DNA of 20,000 nt from an uncultured virus (IMG/VR IMGVR_UViG_3300019874_000003) (taxonomy: Duplodnaviria; Heunggongvirae; Uroviricota; Caudoviricetes), in IMG/VR virus record IMGVR_UViG_3300019874_000003. One strand, 5' to 3'. Each line of letters starts with the position of its first letter. Position 1 is the stretch's first letter. Below the pieces are notes generated by a model. That model did no database searches. It was not told the origin of the DNA and worked only from the letters and a program-made list of their open reading frames with translations. The translations under genes and the position numbers were made by a program. Positions 1 to 9,179 of this stretch are shown here, piece after piece.

Positions 1-388
1 ACGGCAGCGCACAATTCGCCAACCGATTCGACGTGATCGGTTACCTTCTTCGACATGTGGCGATGCCGATCTTGGGTCTCCTACTTCCAGGCAGCTCTCG
101 AAAAAGCGTTTGAGCAGGCGGTGGAAGAGGAGGAGGCCCAGGCCACGGATGACTACTGGCGGACGTCGATCTACGACGACCGCAACTTTCCAGCGGCCCT
201 TGATCCTGATTCTGGGTTCTCGGGCGGAGATTAGAGATGCCCCGCATGCACGGCTATCGCGGTCCCTTGGTGATTATTCTGGTTTCTCCCCCATCAACCG
301 TAACCATACAAAGCCTGCCCCATACACCGCCCATGCCGCTGCATGACGACTTCCCGGTTGCGCGGGTTGTTCGCTGGAGCGGAAAGAG

Positions 389-901
389 GTGACAGCGTTT
401 CGTGTTCCCCATCCAGCGGAGGGTTCACCGGCGGAGGGAGATGAGATCGCCTGGCGACGCGAACTGAAACAGTTGCGCACGCGTGTCGTACAACTCGAGG
501 CAGAGCGCGGCCTCAGACAGTCGCCATCGATCGAGGTTACACACAGCAAGGTACACGGCTTTCAATGCGGAAGTCCGCCTCATGTCACGGTGATTGAAGA
601 AGAGAATCGCGTCGAATGTGTGGCGTGCGGAGCGGGACTACAAGCCATCAGCGTCCTCCTCGATTACGCCAGGCACGAGCGCGACTTTTGCTACTCGCTA
701 GAACATCTTCGCAAAGAGCGAAGAGATATCTCTGTTGAGATTGCGAAGCTCAAGTCGCTTCGCACGCGATTACGCGCCGATGCGCGCAAATTGCTTCCCG
801 CACCACCGCCCTGCGATCGAAAATGGGACCGGGACATGGTCGCAAACTACGAGCTCGACAAGGTGCTGGCGCGCGAAAAGCTGCCATCAGGAGACTCGTG
901 A
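389..901 (+). CDS. Phage hypothetical protein (CxxC, coiled-coil)
   Basis: 170-aa ORF with CVAC and a heptad-rich segment; its stop overlaps the next GTG start (GTGA at 898-901). Confidence 0.7.
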   Translation: MTAFRVPHPAEGSPAEGDEIAWRRELKQLRTRVVQLEAERGLRQSPSIEVTHSKVHGFQCGSPPHVTVIEEENRVECVACGAGLQAISVLLDYARHERDFCYSLEHLRKERRDISVEIAKLKSLRTRLRADARKLLPAPPPCDRKWDRDMVANYELDKVLAREKLPSGDS

Positions 902-2022
902 CTGCCTTCACTCGAATCGGATCATCGCTGTGGGACTGGGAGCCGTGGACCACGCTTCCAGGCAGCGATGCTAGACTTCTGTGGCTTGCCCTTTTCACGT
1001 CAGGCGAGGCCAAACGCCACGTACCTGGACTGTGGCAAGGCGGGATCCCGATGATGGCTGACGCCGCGCGCATGGCTCCTGATCAGGTACTCGGAGCGCT
1101 CGATAACCTGCTCGATCGCGAGCTCGTCGAGTACGACCCGAAGTTTCGCGTGCTCCGGCTGTGCACGCTACCGGACGCCGGTGAATACCCATCGAACGGC
1201 CGCGTGATCCGCGGCTGGTGGACTAAATTCAAGACGGTCCCGGAATGCGGCGTGCGCGACGCGCACGTCAACACGCTCCGCTGGATCATGACCCATGGCG
1301 CCCTCGTTTCTGGCAAGCTGGTGACCGCAGACCACCAGAGCACGTGGGACGAGACGTTTGGTCGGATTGCAATTCCTACTCCAAGGCGGCGTGGGGTTCG
1401 ACGTCTGGCTGACTCCGACACGAGCACACATGCTCAGGCATCGCTGTTTACACCCTCACGGATAGCTCTGCCTCCCGTGAGAGATCAGCGATCTTCTGGT
1501 GAACTAGGTTATCCACAGGAGGGTGTGGATTCTGTGGATAACTCTGCTGTATTGCGTCAACTGAACGAAAACAAGGGTCCGGAAACGGTATACGAAACGG
1601 TATCCGATACCGTATCGTATACCCACAGGATCCCGGATCCCGGATCCCGGATCCCGGATCCTTCTTTTCTTTCCGGATCCGGAGAGGGGGGATGGGGGGG
1701 AGGGCACGAATCTGGCAAGCCACGGTTCACCCTGGTGCCGCCGTACAGCGCAACCCAGGTTCTTAACGAGCTCGCTCAGGGACCGTGGGACAAATCGCTC
1801 GATTCTGGCTGCCAGGAGGCCGTAGGAGCGATGATTCCGGGTTGGGCATCATCGGGCGTCACCGGCGCCGATTTTCGCGTCCTAGCGGAGTACAACGCGC
1901 ATACGAATCGCCGGTGGAATGCGCGCTTTCTGCTTGGGTGCGACATCCTGGCGGAGATCGCAACAGCCAAGAAGGTCCTTGACTGGCGGGACGAACGTGC
2001 TGCGGCTATGCTCCGAACCTGA
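898..2022 (+). CDS. Phage replication initiator / replisome organizer-like protein
   Basis: Probable GTG start at 898 (AGGAG at 889-893, overlaps the upstream stop). The N-terminus (RIGSSLWDWEPW..DARLLWLALFTS..PGLW..ALDNLLDRELVEYD..RVL) resembles the wHTH of phage replication proteins. The central linker carries origin-like repeats. Confidence 0.7.
   Translation: MTAFTRIGSSLWDWEPWTTLPGSDARLLWLALFTSGEAKRHVPGLWQGGIPMMADAARMAPDQVLGALDNLLDRELVEYDPKFRVLRLCTLPDAGEYPSNGRVIRGWWTKFKTVPECGVRDAHVNTLRWIMTHGALVSGKLVTADHQSTWDETFGRIAIPTPRRRGVRRLADSDTSTHAQASLFTPSRIALPPVRDQRSSGELGYPQEGVDSVDNSAVLRQLNENKGPETVYETVSDTVSYTHRIPDPGSRIPDPSFLSGSGEGGWGGGHESGKPRFTLVPPYSATQVLNELAQGPWDKSLDSGCQEAVGAMIPGWASSGVTGADFRVLAEYNAHTNRRWNARFLLGCDILAEIATAKKVLDWRDERAAAMLRT
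1508..1542. promoter_or_regulatory. Inverted pair of perfect DnaA boxes inside the rep gene
   Basis: TTATCCACA at 1509-1517 and TGTGGATAA at 1533-1541, within the 11-bp inverted repeat GTTATCCACAG/CTGTGGATAAC; a degenerate TGTGGATTC lies at 1524-1532. Confidence 0.7.
1582..1661. repeat. Iteron-like 12-bp repeats followed by a (GGATCCC)n tandem repeat
   Basis: GAAACGGTATAC / GAAACGGTATCC / GATACCGTATCG at 1582-1617; four copies of GGATCCC plus GGATCC at 1628-1661, followed by a pyrimidine tract. Confidence 0.85.
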
Positions 2023-2070
2023 TGTTGGTCCACGGCTCGAGCTTGTTGGACTTCGCGTAGGAGATTTGAG

Positions 2071-2283
2071 ATGATTACCGACGAGATGAGACGTCTAGCG
2101 GAACGAGCCATCGACGCCGCGAAAGCGGATGTCGCGGCTCGCGTGAAGGCTGGCGCTCGGTTGATCAACCCGAGCATCGCTGCAGATCAAGCGCAGATTG
2201 AGCGCAACCGCGTGGCGCTCGAAGCGGCCATGCCAGGCGTCGACGAGCTTATTGATCGTGCGCTCGACGAAGAGAAGCCATGA
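2071..2283 (+). CDS. Hypothetical protein
   Basis: 70-aa helical ORF with upstream AGGAG; its stop overlaps the next ATG. Confidence 0.65.
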   Translation: MITDEMRRLAERAIDAAKADVAARVKAGARLINPSIAADQAQIERNRVALEAAMPGVDELIDRALDEEKP

Positions 2284-2531
2284 GGCAGGTCGTCGAGTCA
2301 TTGCTTCGCTATCACGCGGTGAGCGATGCCGATGCGGTCGGTATCCGTGAGGACTTCGTGGAGCGCGCGGCGATCTACGAGTACCTGGGCGAGTTCGATC
2401 GTTCCGGTGCCGAGTTATGGGCGATGCACGACGTCGAGCGGACGATGAAGTTGGTGGGCACCCGTCCTCCTCGTCCTCCTACTCCGCTCCGCAAGGCGTT
2501 TGCTCACCACGCCGACAAACGTCGGAGGTGA
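2280..2531 (+). CDS. Phage hypothetical protein (FxERAAIxEY motif)
   Basis: EDFVERAAIYEYLGEFDRSGAE resembles a small helical motif common in phage replication regions; ATGA coupling with the upstream gene. Confidence 0.7.
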   Translation: MRQVVESLLRYHAVSDADAVGIREDFVERAAIYEYLGEFDRSGAELWAMHDVERTMKLVGTRPPRPPTPLRKAFAHHADKRRR

Positions 2532-2532
2532 C

Positions 2533-3000
2533 ATGGCGGCGACGTGCGCGGCGTGCATGCTGCCGATTCTGGAGCGCTCTCGCCTGGTCGTGATGGAGAC
2601 CGAGGTGCTGCACAGGCAATGTGTCGGCCAGATCACGGAGTTGTGGCGCGCAAAGCAGAACGTGGCCAAGGCCCATCAGGCTGCCACGGAGGCCGTTTCT
2701 GCGCTCCGACGTTCGGTTGCAGCATCCGAGACTGCCCTCCGGTTGCAACAAGAAGCGGTGGAGGCGCTCAAGCGCGCAAGCATCAGTCAGGTATCTGCGG
2801 AGTCCCGGTGCCGTCTAGCCGAGCGTGCGCTTGAGCAGGAGAAGTCGCGCGGCGACGCTCTTCAGGCTCGTCTTGCCGCGGCGCCCATCCCTATCCCGGC
2901 GCCGGTTCAGGAACCTGTAGTCACTCCGGAGCGAGATCCAGTCGTCGATGCCGCGCTCGATTCCGCCGAGGCGAGGTTCGCCATGTTGGACCTCGACTGA
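2533..3000 (+). CDS. Zn-binding/coiled-coil hypothetical protein
   Basis: ATG at 2533 after GGAGG; CAAC...HRQC, a long coiled coil, and the C-terminus RFAMLDLD. Confidence 0.7.
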   Translation: MAATCAACMLPILERSRLVVMETEVLHRQCVGQITELWRAKQNVAKAHQAATEAVSALRRSVAASETALRLQQEAVEALKRASISQVSAESRCRLAERALEQEKSRGDALQARLAAAPIPIPAPVQEPVVTPERDPVVDAALDSAEARFAMLDLD

Positions 3001-3042
3001 ACGTCCTTGACACCATGCTCGTTCCGTAGCACAAACGTATAC

Positions 3043-3114
3043 GAGACGTCGTGGTGGATGGCACGAGCGGAATTCTCCGATCGAGCAAAGCCAACTCATC
3101 TACCGCGGCGTCTC
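3043..3114 (+). ncRNA. Candidate structured RNA / 5' leader hairpin
   Basis: Intergenic 18-bp stem (3043-3060 pairing with 3097-3114) containing 3 G-U pairs, enclosing the inner hairpin CGGA-ATTC-TCCG. Confidence 0.45.
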
Positions 3115-3130
3115 TCTACTGAGATCTGAG

Positions 3131-3373
3131 ATGGCAAAAACAACCAGGCAGCTACTCGCCGACGCCCACCAGAAGGCTCGTGACCTGAGCAACGAACTCC
3201 ATCTTGCCAAGCAGGGTAACCTACCCCTACGCGGCGAGGTGGTCGGCCTTACCAGCGAGCGCGATTTGCTTGTTCTCAAGGTGAAGTCGCTCATCACGCT
3301 CAACGAGCACTACCGCCACGCGCTGACCGGTCTGGTAGAATTGCTCCACGTCCTTGCCGGTGGCAAGACATGA
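3131..3373 (+). CDS. Hypothetical protein
   Basis: 80-aa helical ORF; its stop overlaps the next start. Confidence 0.65.
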   Translation: MAKTTRQLLADAHQKARDLSNELHLAKQGNLPLRGEVVGLTSERDLLVLKVKSLITLNEHYRHALTGLVELLHVLAGGKT

Positions 3374-3627
3374 TGATCGAGCTTGAGTTCCCCCTCTCGG
3401 AAGGAGGAGCGTGGGCGTCTTTGGGTTCGATATCCGTGCCTGACACGCTCCAGCCGCCAGCCATTGGCCAGTGTGTCGAAGTCAAGCTTGATGGGCGGGC
3501 AGGCGTCTTTTACATAGAGTCATATCACTGGAGGATTGAGAACTTCCTACCAGGATGCGCTGAGCTGACGATGATAGCGAGGCTATCGAGTAGCCTTGCT
3601 GGACTGCCTTCGCGGCGGCGCCGGTGA
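3370..3627 (+). CDS. Small beta-rich hypothetical protein (paralog 1)
   Basis: 85 aa, ATGA coupling; resembles the next ORF. Confidence 0.6.
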   Translation: MMIELEFPLSEGGAWASLGSISVPDTLQPPAIGQCVEVKLDGRAGVFYIESYHWRIENFLPGCAELTMIARLSSSLAGLPSRRRR

Positions 3628-3634
3628 GCAAGTC

Positions 3635-3907
3635 ATGAGGATCCGGTTCGAGTTCAACGACTACAAATTCAGTTGGCCGACGTTCGAGTTGCCGGATTCC
3701 CATCCACTGCCGAGCGCCGGAATGCTTCTGGATCTCGATCTGCAAGAGTCGCCGAGCAGGATTACCCCAGCGGTAGTTGGGAACTTCCGAGTTGTATCAT
3801 CCTACTGGCAGATGGGCGGCACCCCGGGGTCCATGTTCACCGTTCTTGTGTGTCATCTCGCCCAGGAGGGCGATTTTGAGCCCCGCAAGAATGGGCAGCG
3901 CCGGTGA
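3635..3907 (+). CDS. Small beta-rich hypothetical protein (paralog 2)
   Basis: ATG at 3635, 90 aa; its stop overlaps the methylase GTG. Confidence 0.6.
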   Translation: MRIRFEFNDYKFSWPTFELPDSHPLPSAGMLLDLDLQESPSRITPAVVGNFRVVSSYWQMGGTPGSMFTVLVCHLAQEGDFEPRKNGQRR

Positions 3908-4419
3908 GTACCTCCGATTGGTGGTGCTCGCCGCCGGAAATCGCGAAACCACTCGAGGAGTTCTTCGATGGCCCGGTCGACTTCGATCCGTGCTCAAACG
4001 ACCGCTCGGTCATTCGCGCACGGAAGGCGCTTACCACTGGCGGTCTCGTGCTCCCCTGGCGGATTGCGAAGCCGGTGAACTGGGGCGTGTACCAGAACGA
4101 TCCGTATTCGCAGGCTGGCATCTGGACGGACAAGATGCTGCTTGAGATCAAGATCGGTAACGTCCGTGAGCTTGTTCGGCTCTCGATGCTGCAGCCGTCA
4201 TGTCGGTGGTGGGGGCGGATGTGCAATGAGCCCGAGCGCAACCCGAGAATACTCGTCACGAGACGCCTCTCGTTTCTAGATCCGGATGCCATCGAGGCTG
4301 GGCAGAAACGGCAGTCCTGTCGATTCGAGCCGGCGCTCACGTATATCGGACCGCGTGTTGAGAAGTTCGACGCGGTATTTCGCCACCTGACGCGGTGGTC
4401 AGCCTGGGGGAGATCGTGA
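3904..4419 (+). CDS. Phage DNA N6-adenine methyltransferase (Dam-like, small phage type)
   Basis: DWWCSPPEI, FDPCS and VYQNDPYS (NPPY-like motif IV), plus a later RRLSFL, match the layout of phage N6-MTases. Confidence 0.8.
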   Translation: MSTSDWWCSPPEIAKPLEEFFDGPVDFDPCSNDRSVIRARKALTTGGLVLPWRIAKPVNWGVYQNDPYSQAGIWTDKMLLEIKIGNVRELVRLSMLQPSCRWWGRMCNEPERNPRILVTRRLSFLDPDAIEAGQKRQSCRFEPALTYIGPRVEKFDAVFRHLTRWSAWGRS

Positions 4420-4781
4420 GCCGACCGAATACGGTGTTCGTGGAAGCAGCGCTCCTTGAAGAGGCGGCTGTCCCTGTCGGAATCGAGAATGACGACGACC
4501 CGTGGGGAGAGGTCGATTCCCATAAGTGGGAGATCCGCAAGTTGCCGGATGGCGTCCTGGCACTGCAACTATCCGAGCCCGTCCTGATAGTTGATCGCAA
4601 GCCAACGGCGACGGACACCGAGAGCACCGACCTGCTACTGATGATGATGGTTGATGCGTGCTGCAGTCCGGGATTCGAGGAGGAGCCTACGGCGCGTAGT
4701 TGGTACGCTGATATCCCGCCTGCGAAGGAGATCCCTCCGCAGGTGAGGCATCGGCGGCTGGTGGCAAGGAGATCGACGTGA
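4416..4781 (+). CDS. Hypothetical protein
   Basis: GTG at 4416 overlaps the methylase stop; acidic 121-aa ORF. Confidence 0.6.
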   Translation: MSRPNTVFVEAALLEEAAVPVGIENDDDPWGEVDSHKWEIRKLPDGVLALQLSEPVLIVDRKPTATDTESTDLLLMMMVDACCSPGFEEEPTARSWYADIPPAKEIPPQVRHRRLVARRST

Positions 4782-4891
4782 GTTGTGGAGACCTGATGAT
4801 CAAGCTCAGCGAGTTGGGGGCCGCGCGCGTCGAGTCCGCTCTGCGCGGCGAGCTCAAGGCGGCCCTCGACAGTTGGAAGGTTGGAGCATGA
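4778..4891 (+). CDS. Small ORF (37 aa, MSCGDLMIKLSELGAARVESALRGELKAALDSWKVGA)
   Basis: Not in the ORF track; start and stop both overlap neighbouring genes (GTGA at 4778, ATGA at 4888). Confidence 0.45.
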   Translation: MSCGDLMIKLSELGAARVESALRGELKAALDSWKVGA

Positions 4892-5294
4892 GCGACAAGA
4901 CCGGCATCGAGTGGACGGACGCCACCTGGAATCCAGTGCGCGGCTGCTCGCGCCCGCCATCTCGAGCTTGTTCGATGAAGCGCGCATCGAAGTACAAGCG
5001 CCGGCCTCGTGACCTACATTACATGGCATGGATCCGTCGCCAGCCGTGCGCTGCTCGTGCGCTCACCGAGGGCCTCGCGCATACCTGCGATGGTTCAGTG
5101 GAGGCCGATCACGCTGGCAGGCGCTGCGTTGGGCAGAAGGCCGAGGATCGCACGTGCATCCCTCTGTGCTCTCACCATCACGCGCAGCGCGCGAGCTTCC
5201 ATGGGGTATTCAAATCTTGGAACCAGGCCAAGATGCGCGCATGGCTGACCGCACTGGTTCTCAAGTATCAACTCATGTACGACCTGGAGCATCA

Positions 5295-5298
<4 letters not shown>
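4888..5298 (+). CDS. HNH/Zn-finger nuclease-like protein (DUF968/Ref-like) with a remnant DUF5131 (Gp37Gp68) N-terminus
   Basis: MSDKTGIEWTDATWNPVRGCSR is the hallmark start of DUF5131 proteins. It is followed by YMAWIRRQPC..C..VEADH..GQKAEDRTCIPLCxxHH. An alternative ATG lies at 4975. Confidence 0.7.
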
Positions 5299-5978
<680 letters not shown>

Positions 5979-6683
5979 ATGTCAGTTCGGCTGCCCATGC
6001 TCATGACCACCAAGGAGGCCGAGGCGATCGCTGGCGCCTTGGGACACCCCAGCAAGATGCCGGGGTTCTCCTACGGCATCAGCGCCCAGAAGTGCCAGAC
6101 CGGCGCCAAGCTGCGCGGCGTCGCCGGGTCCGTGTGCTCGGGCTGCTACGCCATGACCGACTGGTACCGTAGTTGGAGGCCGCTACTCCAGGGCCATGAG
6201 CGCCGCTGGAACGGGCTGCGCCACCCCAGGTGGGTGGACGCCATGGTCTCGATGGTAACCCGCGCATGCCAGCCGCCTGACAATTACTTCCGGTGGCACG
6301 ACTCGGGCGATCTGCAGGGCCTGTGGCACCTTGAGAACATCGTCGCCGTATGTGAGCGCACGCCCGAGGTGAAACACTGGCTGCCGACGCGCGAATACGC
6401 CTTCGTGGAGGGGTTTCTTGCCAGCGGCAAGACGCCACCCGAGAACCTCGTGATCCGGCTATCGGCCCACATGATCGACTCCGAGCCGGTGGTACCCGCC
6501 GCACTGGTCGGCATGCCGACGTCGGCGGTCGCGAGCGTGCCGTTCAGCTCGAGTGGCGTACGGGTGGTGGAGGGTAAGGGATCGATCGAATGTCGTGCGG
6601 TAGAGAGCCGCGACAACAAGTGTGGCGACTGCCGAGCGTGCTGGGATGCACGCGTCGTGTGCGTCACGTACCCGCAGCACTGA
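5979..6683 (+). CDS. GP88-like phage protein (Cys-rich, radical-SAM-like Fe-S)
   Basis: SKMPG, C..CSGCYA, YFRWHDSGDLQ, HWLPTRE, NLVIRLSA and CGDCRACWD motifs. Confidence 0.8.
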   Translation: MSVRLPMLMTTKEAEAIAGALGHPSKMPGFSYGISAQKCQTGAKLRGVAGSVCSGCYAMTDWYRSWRPLLQGHERRWNGLRHPRWVDAMVSMVTRACQPPDNYFRWHDSGDLQGLWHLENIVAVCERTPEVKHWLPTREYAFVEGFLASGKTPPENLVIRLSAHMIDSEPVVPAALVGMPTSAVASVPFSSSGVRVVEGKGSIECRAVESRDNKCGDCRACWDARVVCVTYPQH

Positions 6684-6694
6684 AGGAGATAGCA

Positions 6695-7126
6695 ATGAAG
6701 GTCTACGTAGCGAGTTCGTGGCGCAATGAGCATAAGCAGCAGCTCATGGTTCAGGTATTGAGGGCAGCTGGCCATGAAGTGTACGACTTCCGGAACCCAG
6801 GGCCCGGAAACTCCGGGTTCTCGTGGAAGTCGATGTCAGGGCCGTGGGAGTTGCAGGATGGGGCGCGGTTTCGTAGCCATGTGCTTCAGCACCCGGTCGC
6901 ACAGGCAGCATTCGCGCTCGATATGGCGGCGCTCCGAGCCGCTGACGCCACGGTGCTGGTGCTCCCATGCGGTCGCTCGGCTCATCTCGAACTCGGTTAT
7001 GCGACCGGGGCCGGTCAGCGCACTATCGTGTTCCTGGACGAACCGATCTCCGAGCCCGAGCTCATGTACCTCATGAACACGAAGATCTGCATCTACATTG
7101 GCGAGGTCGTCGACGCGCTGATGTGA
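6695..7126 (+). CDS. Nucleoside 2-deoxyribosyltransferase-like protein
   Basis: AAGGAG RBS; MKVYVASSWRN, YDFRNP, D..AL..AD..VLVLPCGRSAHLELGYA.GAG. Confidence 0.8.
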   Translation: MKVYVASSWRNEHKQQLMVQVLRAAGHEVYDFRNPGPGNSGFSWKSMSGPWELQDGARFRSHVLQHPVAQAAFALDMAALRAADATVLVLPCGRSAHLELGYATGAGQRTIVFLDEPISEPELMYLMNTKICIYIGEVVDALM

Positions 7127-7208
7127 CAGGCAACGTCTAGTCTCGGCTCGAGATGCCGAGCGATCACGGCAGCCCGGCGCGTCGATGCCGGGACAGCGTC
7201 ATCCTGAT

Positions 7209-7550
7209 CTACGGCTGGACGGGACTGGCGCTCACGAATCGGATCTCGGACGCATCGGGCGCGGGATCCGTGGCGAACGGGATCGCTAGCTTGGTGTTGC
7301 TCGGCGGATCGGTATTGAGCACGACGGTGCCGCCGCCCGCAGCCGCGCCTGGCGAGAGGATGACGGCTCGCGGATTGGTCGGATGCACGACGCAAGTACC
7401 CTTGCCGGGTTGGTTGTTGCTCTCGATGACGAGCGCTGGCGGCCCGGCGGGGTTGGAGAGGGTGCCATTGGGGAGGAACACGTCGACGTTGATCTGGATG
7501 GAGGGGCCGCCGACTTGGAGGTGCTGTAGCTCGGTGTTTGTGATGGGCAT
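7209..7550 (-). CDS. Hypothetical beta-rich (Ig-like?) protein
   Basis: 113-aa ORF from ATG 7550 with alternating hydrophobic strands, rich in Pro/Asn/Thr. Confidence 0.6.
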   Translation of the reverse strand: MPITNTELQHLQVGGPSIQINVDVFLPNGTLSNPAGPPALVIESNNQPGKGTCVVHPTNPRAVILSPGAAAGGGTVVLNTDPPSNTKLAIPFATDPAPDASEIRFVSASPVQP

Positions 7551-7611
7551 GGTTCGGCTGTATAGCATTGCGATGTGACATAGCTGACACCCGAGATCTT
7601 CACGCGCTCAA

Positions 7612-7941
7612 GTGATCGTCAGACCGGACAGGTACGAAATGGGTATGTATCGCGCGTCCGCCGCTCAGGCTGAGGTGACACTGTCCATCGAGGTCGTCTG
7701 CCATCACTGCCAGCGTCCACGGGAGCGCTCCGACCGCGCGCTGGTCGACGTATTCTTGGTCATGGATCCAGGCATCGACGGCGTGCCATGGATGCTGTGC
7801 GGAAGATGCTGGTTAGCCTACCTGAAGTTTGAGGGCAACCTGGCTGCGATCGGTGGCAGGGTGCTCGAGTTGCCAGTGGCTACGACGATCGAGATCGCGA
7901 AGCCCGCCCCCGGGCCTTCCGCGAGGCCCCCTACGCCGTAG
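7612..7941 (+). CDS. Zn-finger hypothetical protein
   Basis: CHHC...CGRC; start codon uncertain (7612, 7639 or 7645). Confidence 0.55.
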   Translation: MIVRPDRYEMGMYRASAAQAEVTLSIEVVCHHCQRPRERSDRALVDVFLVMDPGIDGVPWMLCGRCWLAYLKFEGNLAAIGGRVLELPVATTIEIAKPAPGPSARPPTP

Positions 7942-8004
7942 AGGTGGCTCTAGACCTTGAACTAGAGAGATGATGGCACGTCGTTCGCCATCAGCGCGGC
8001 GCCC

Positions 8005-8034
8005 TTGAACTTACCGCCCGGATGGGGGTACCCT
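8005..8034 (+). promoter_or_regulatory. Putative promoter TTGAAC-N18-TACCCT
   Basis: Lies upstream of the ATG at 8051; the same architecture recurs at 10781-10810. Confidence 0.4.
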
Positions 8035-8050
8035 AGTGACACGGAGAACC

Positions 8051-8665
8051 ATGGCCCGATCCAAGATGCATCGGCGATACGTCAAGAGCAACCCGGGGCC
8101 CAAGAGCAACCCGCCGTTGTTCACCGAGCTCCTGGAGTTCGCCGGCCCTGGTTTCGGCGCCTTTGCGGCAACCAGACTGGGGACGCGCATCGCAGCCACG
8201 CAGGTTGAGAAGTGGAAGCCCTCCTGGGGGAAGCACGCCGGCGCCGTCGCGTCGGTCTCGGCGTTCCTGGCGGCCTGGTTCCTTGGTCACCGGGTGAAGT
8301 TCCTCGCGAAGTACCACACGCCGATCACAGTGGGGGCGGGGATTGCGATGGCGCAGTCGCTGATTCAGCTCTACATCCCTCAACTCGGCTGGATGGTCGC
8401 GGATGCCACGCCCGAGCTCGCGGCGACCGCGGCAAGCAACCTGACCTCGGATGCGACCATGCTGACGGCGAGCAGCGACCTGCAGCCGACGGACGATGAC
8501 CCCAACGAGTTCACGTACAACGACCAGTTCGATGCCGGCCGGTTCAGCAAGATCAACCAGTCCCCAGGGCAGAGCCCGCCGTTCGTCGCGCCGCACGACA
8601 GCGCAGATGTTGCGATCGACGATGCAATCGGACAGAGCGCCAACCTGGGCGTGTTCTCGAACTGA
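8051..8665 (+). CDS. Membrane-associated protein, possibly virion
   Basis: GGAG RBS; basic N-terminus with KSNP x2, three hydrophobic segments and an acidic tail. Confidence 0.75.
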   Translation: MARSKMHRRYVKSNPGPKSNPPLFTELLEFAGPGFGAFAATRLGTRIAATQVEKWKPSWGKHAGAVASVSAFLAAWFLGHRVKFLAKYHTPITVGAGIAMAQSLIQLYIPQLGWMVADATPELAATAASNLTSDATMLTASSDLQPTDDDPNEFTYNDQFDAGRFSKINQSPGQSPPFVAPHDSADVAIDDAIGQSANLGVFSN

Positions 8666-8667
8666 CC

Positions 8668-9177
8668 GTGCAGGCCCCGGAGGCACTGTTCCACGGCTCA
8701 AAGGCTCGACTCGAGGTCGGCGCCGCGCTTCACGCGCGCCGTACACCGAACGGAACCTTCGGGAAGGGTCTAGAGACGTTTGTCGAGTCGCTGCGACCGC
8801 CAAAGTGCTCGTCGCGGCTCGAGTCGTTCTACATGGTGGATGACCCTAGGTTGATCCGTGTAGCCGGTGGGGTGCAGAACTTCATCTACCGCCTCGAGCC
8901 GTTCGGCATGTTCTCGAAGCATAATCAGGGCTGGTTGAGTCGGATCTACGACGCGCTGATCTATCACTTCATCGGTCGCGAGGTGCTCAGCGGGGACGAG
9001 CTTCATGGTCGCCTGCGTGCAGCGGAGGCGTGGGCATGGAAGTACTGGGACGGGTCGCCGTGTCCGGATCTGCGCCCGCCCAATGTGGAAGTGTGGGAGT
9101 ATCTGGCATCGGACGTGCTCGTCGTGGCATGCGAATACAACGGCGAGTGGTGGTCCGCGGACATCGAAGAGGAGTGA
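8668..9177 (+). CDS. ADP-ribosyltransferase-fold protein (Arr/DUF2441-like)
   Basis: LFHGS..L.VG, E.LRP...SRL.SFY, IYRLEP.G, KYWDG and WEYL motifs. Confidence 0.6.
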   Translation: MQAPEALFHGSKARLEVGAALHARRTPNGTFGKGLETFVESLRPPKCSSRLESFYMVDDPRLIRVAGGVQNFIYRLEPFGMFSKHNQGWLSRIYDALIYHFIGREVLSGDELHGRLRAAEAWAWKYWDGSPCPDLRPPNVEVWEYLASDVLVVACEYNGEWWSADIEEE

Positions 9178-9179
9178 CT

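Noticed and set aside
1..346. ORFs at the left edge (e.g. 55-234 acidic 59 aa; 110-346)
   Set aside because: No recognisable motif or RBS, and the frame is ambiguous without upstream sequence.
3040..3115. tRNA or c-di-GMP-I riboswitch
   Set aside because: No cloverleaf or T-loop; only the GCAAAGCC fragment matches, without the GNRA loop and second stem.
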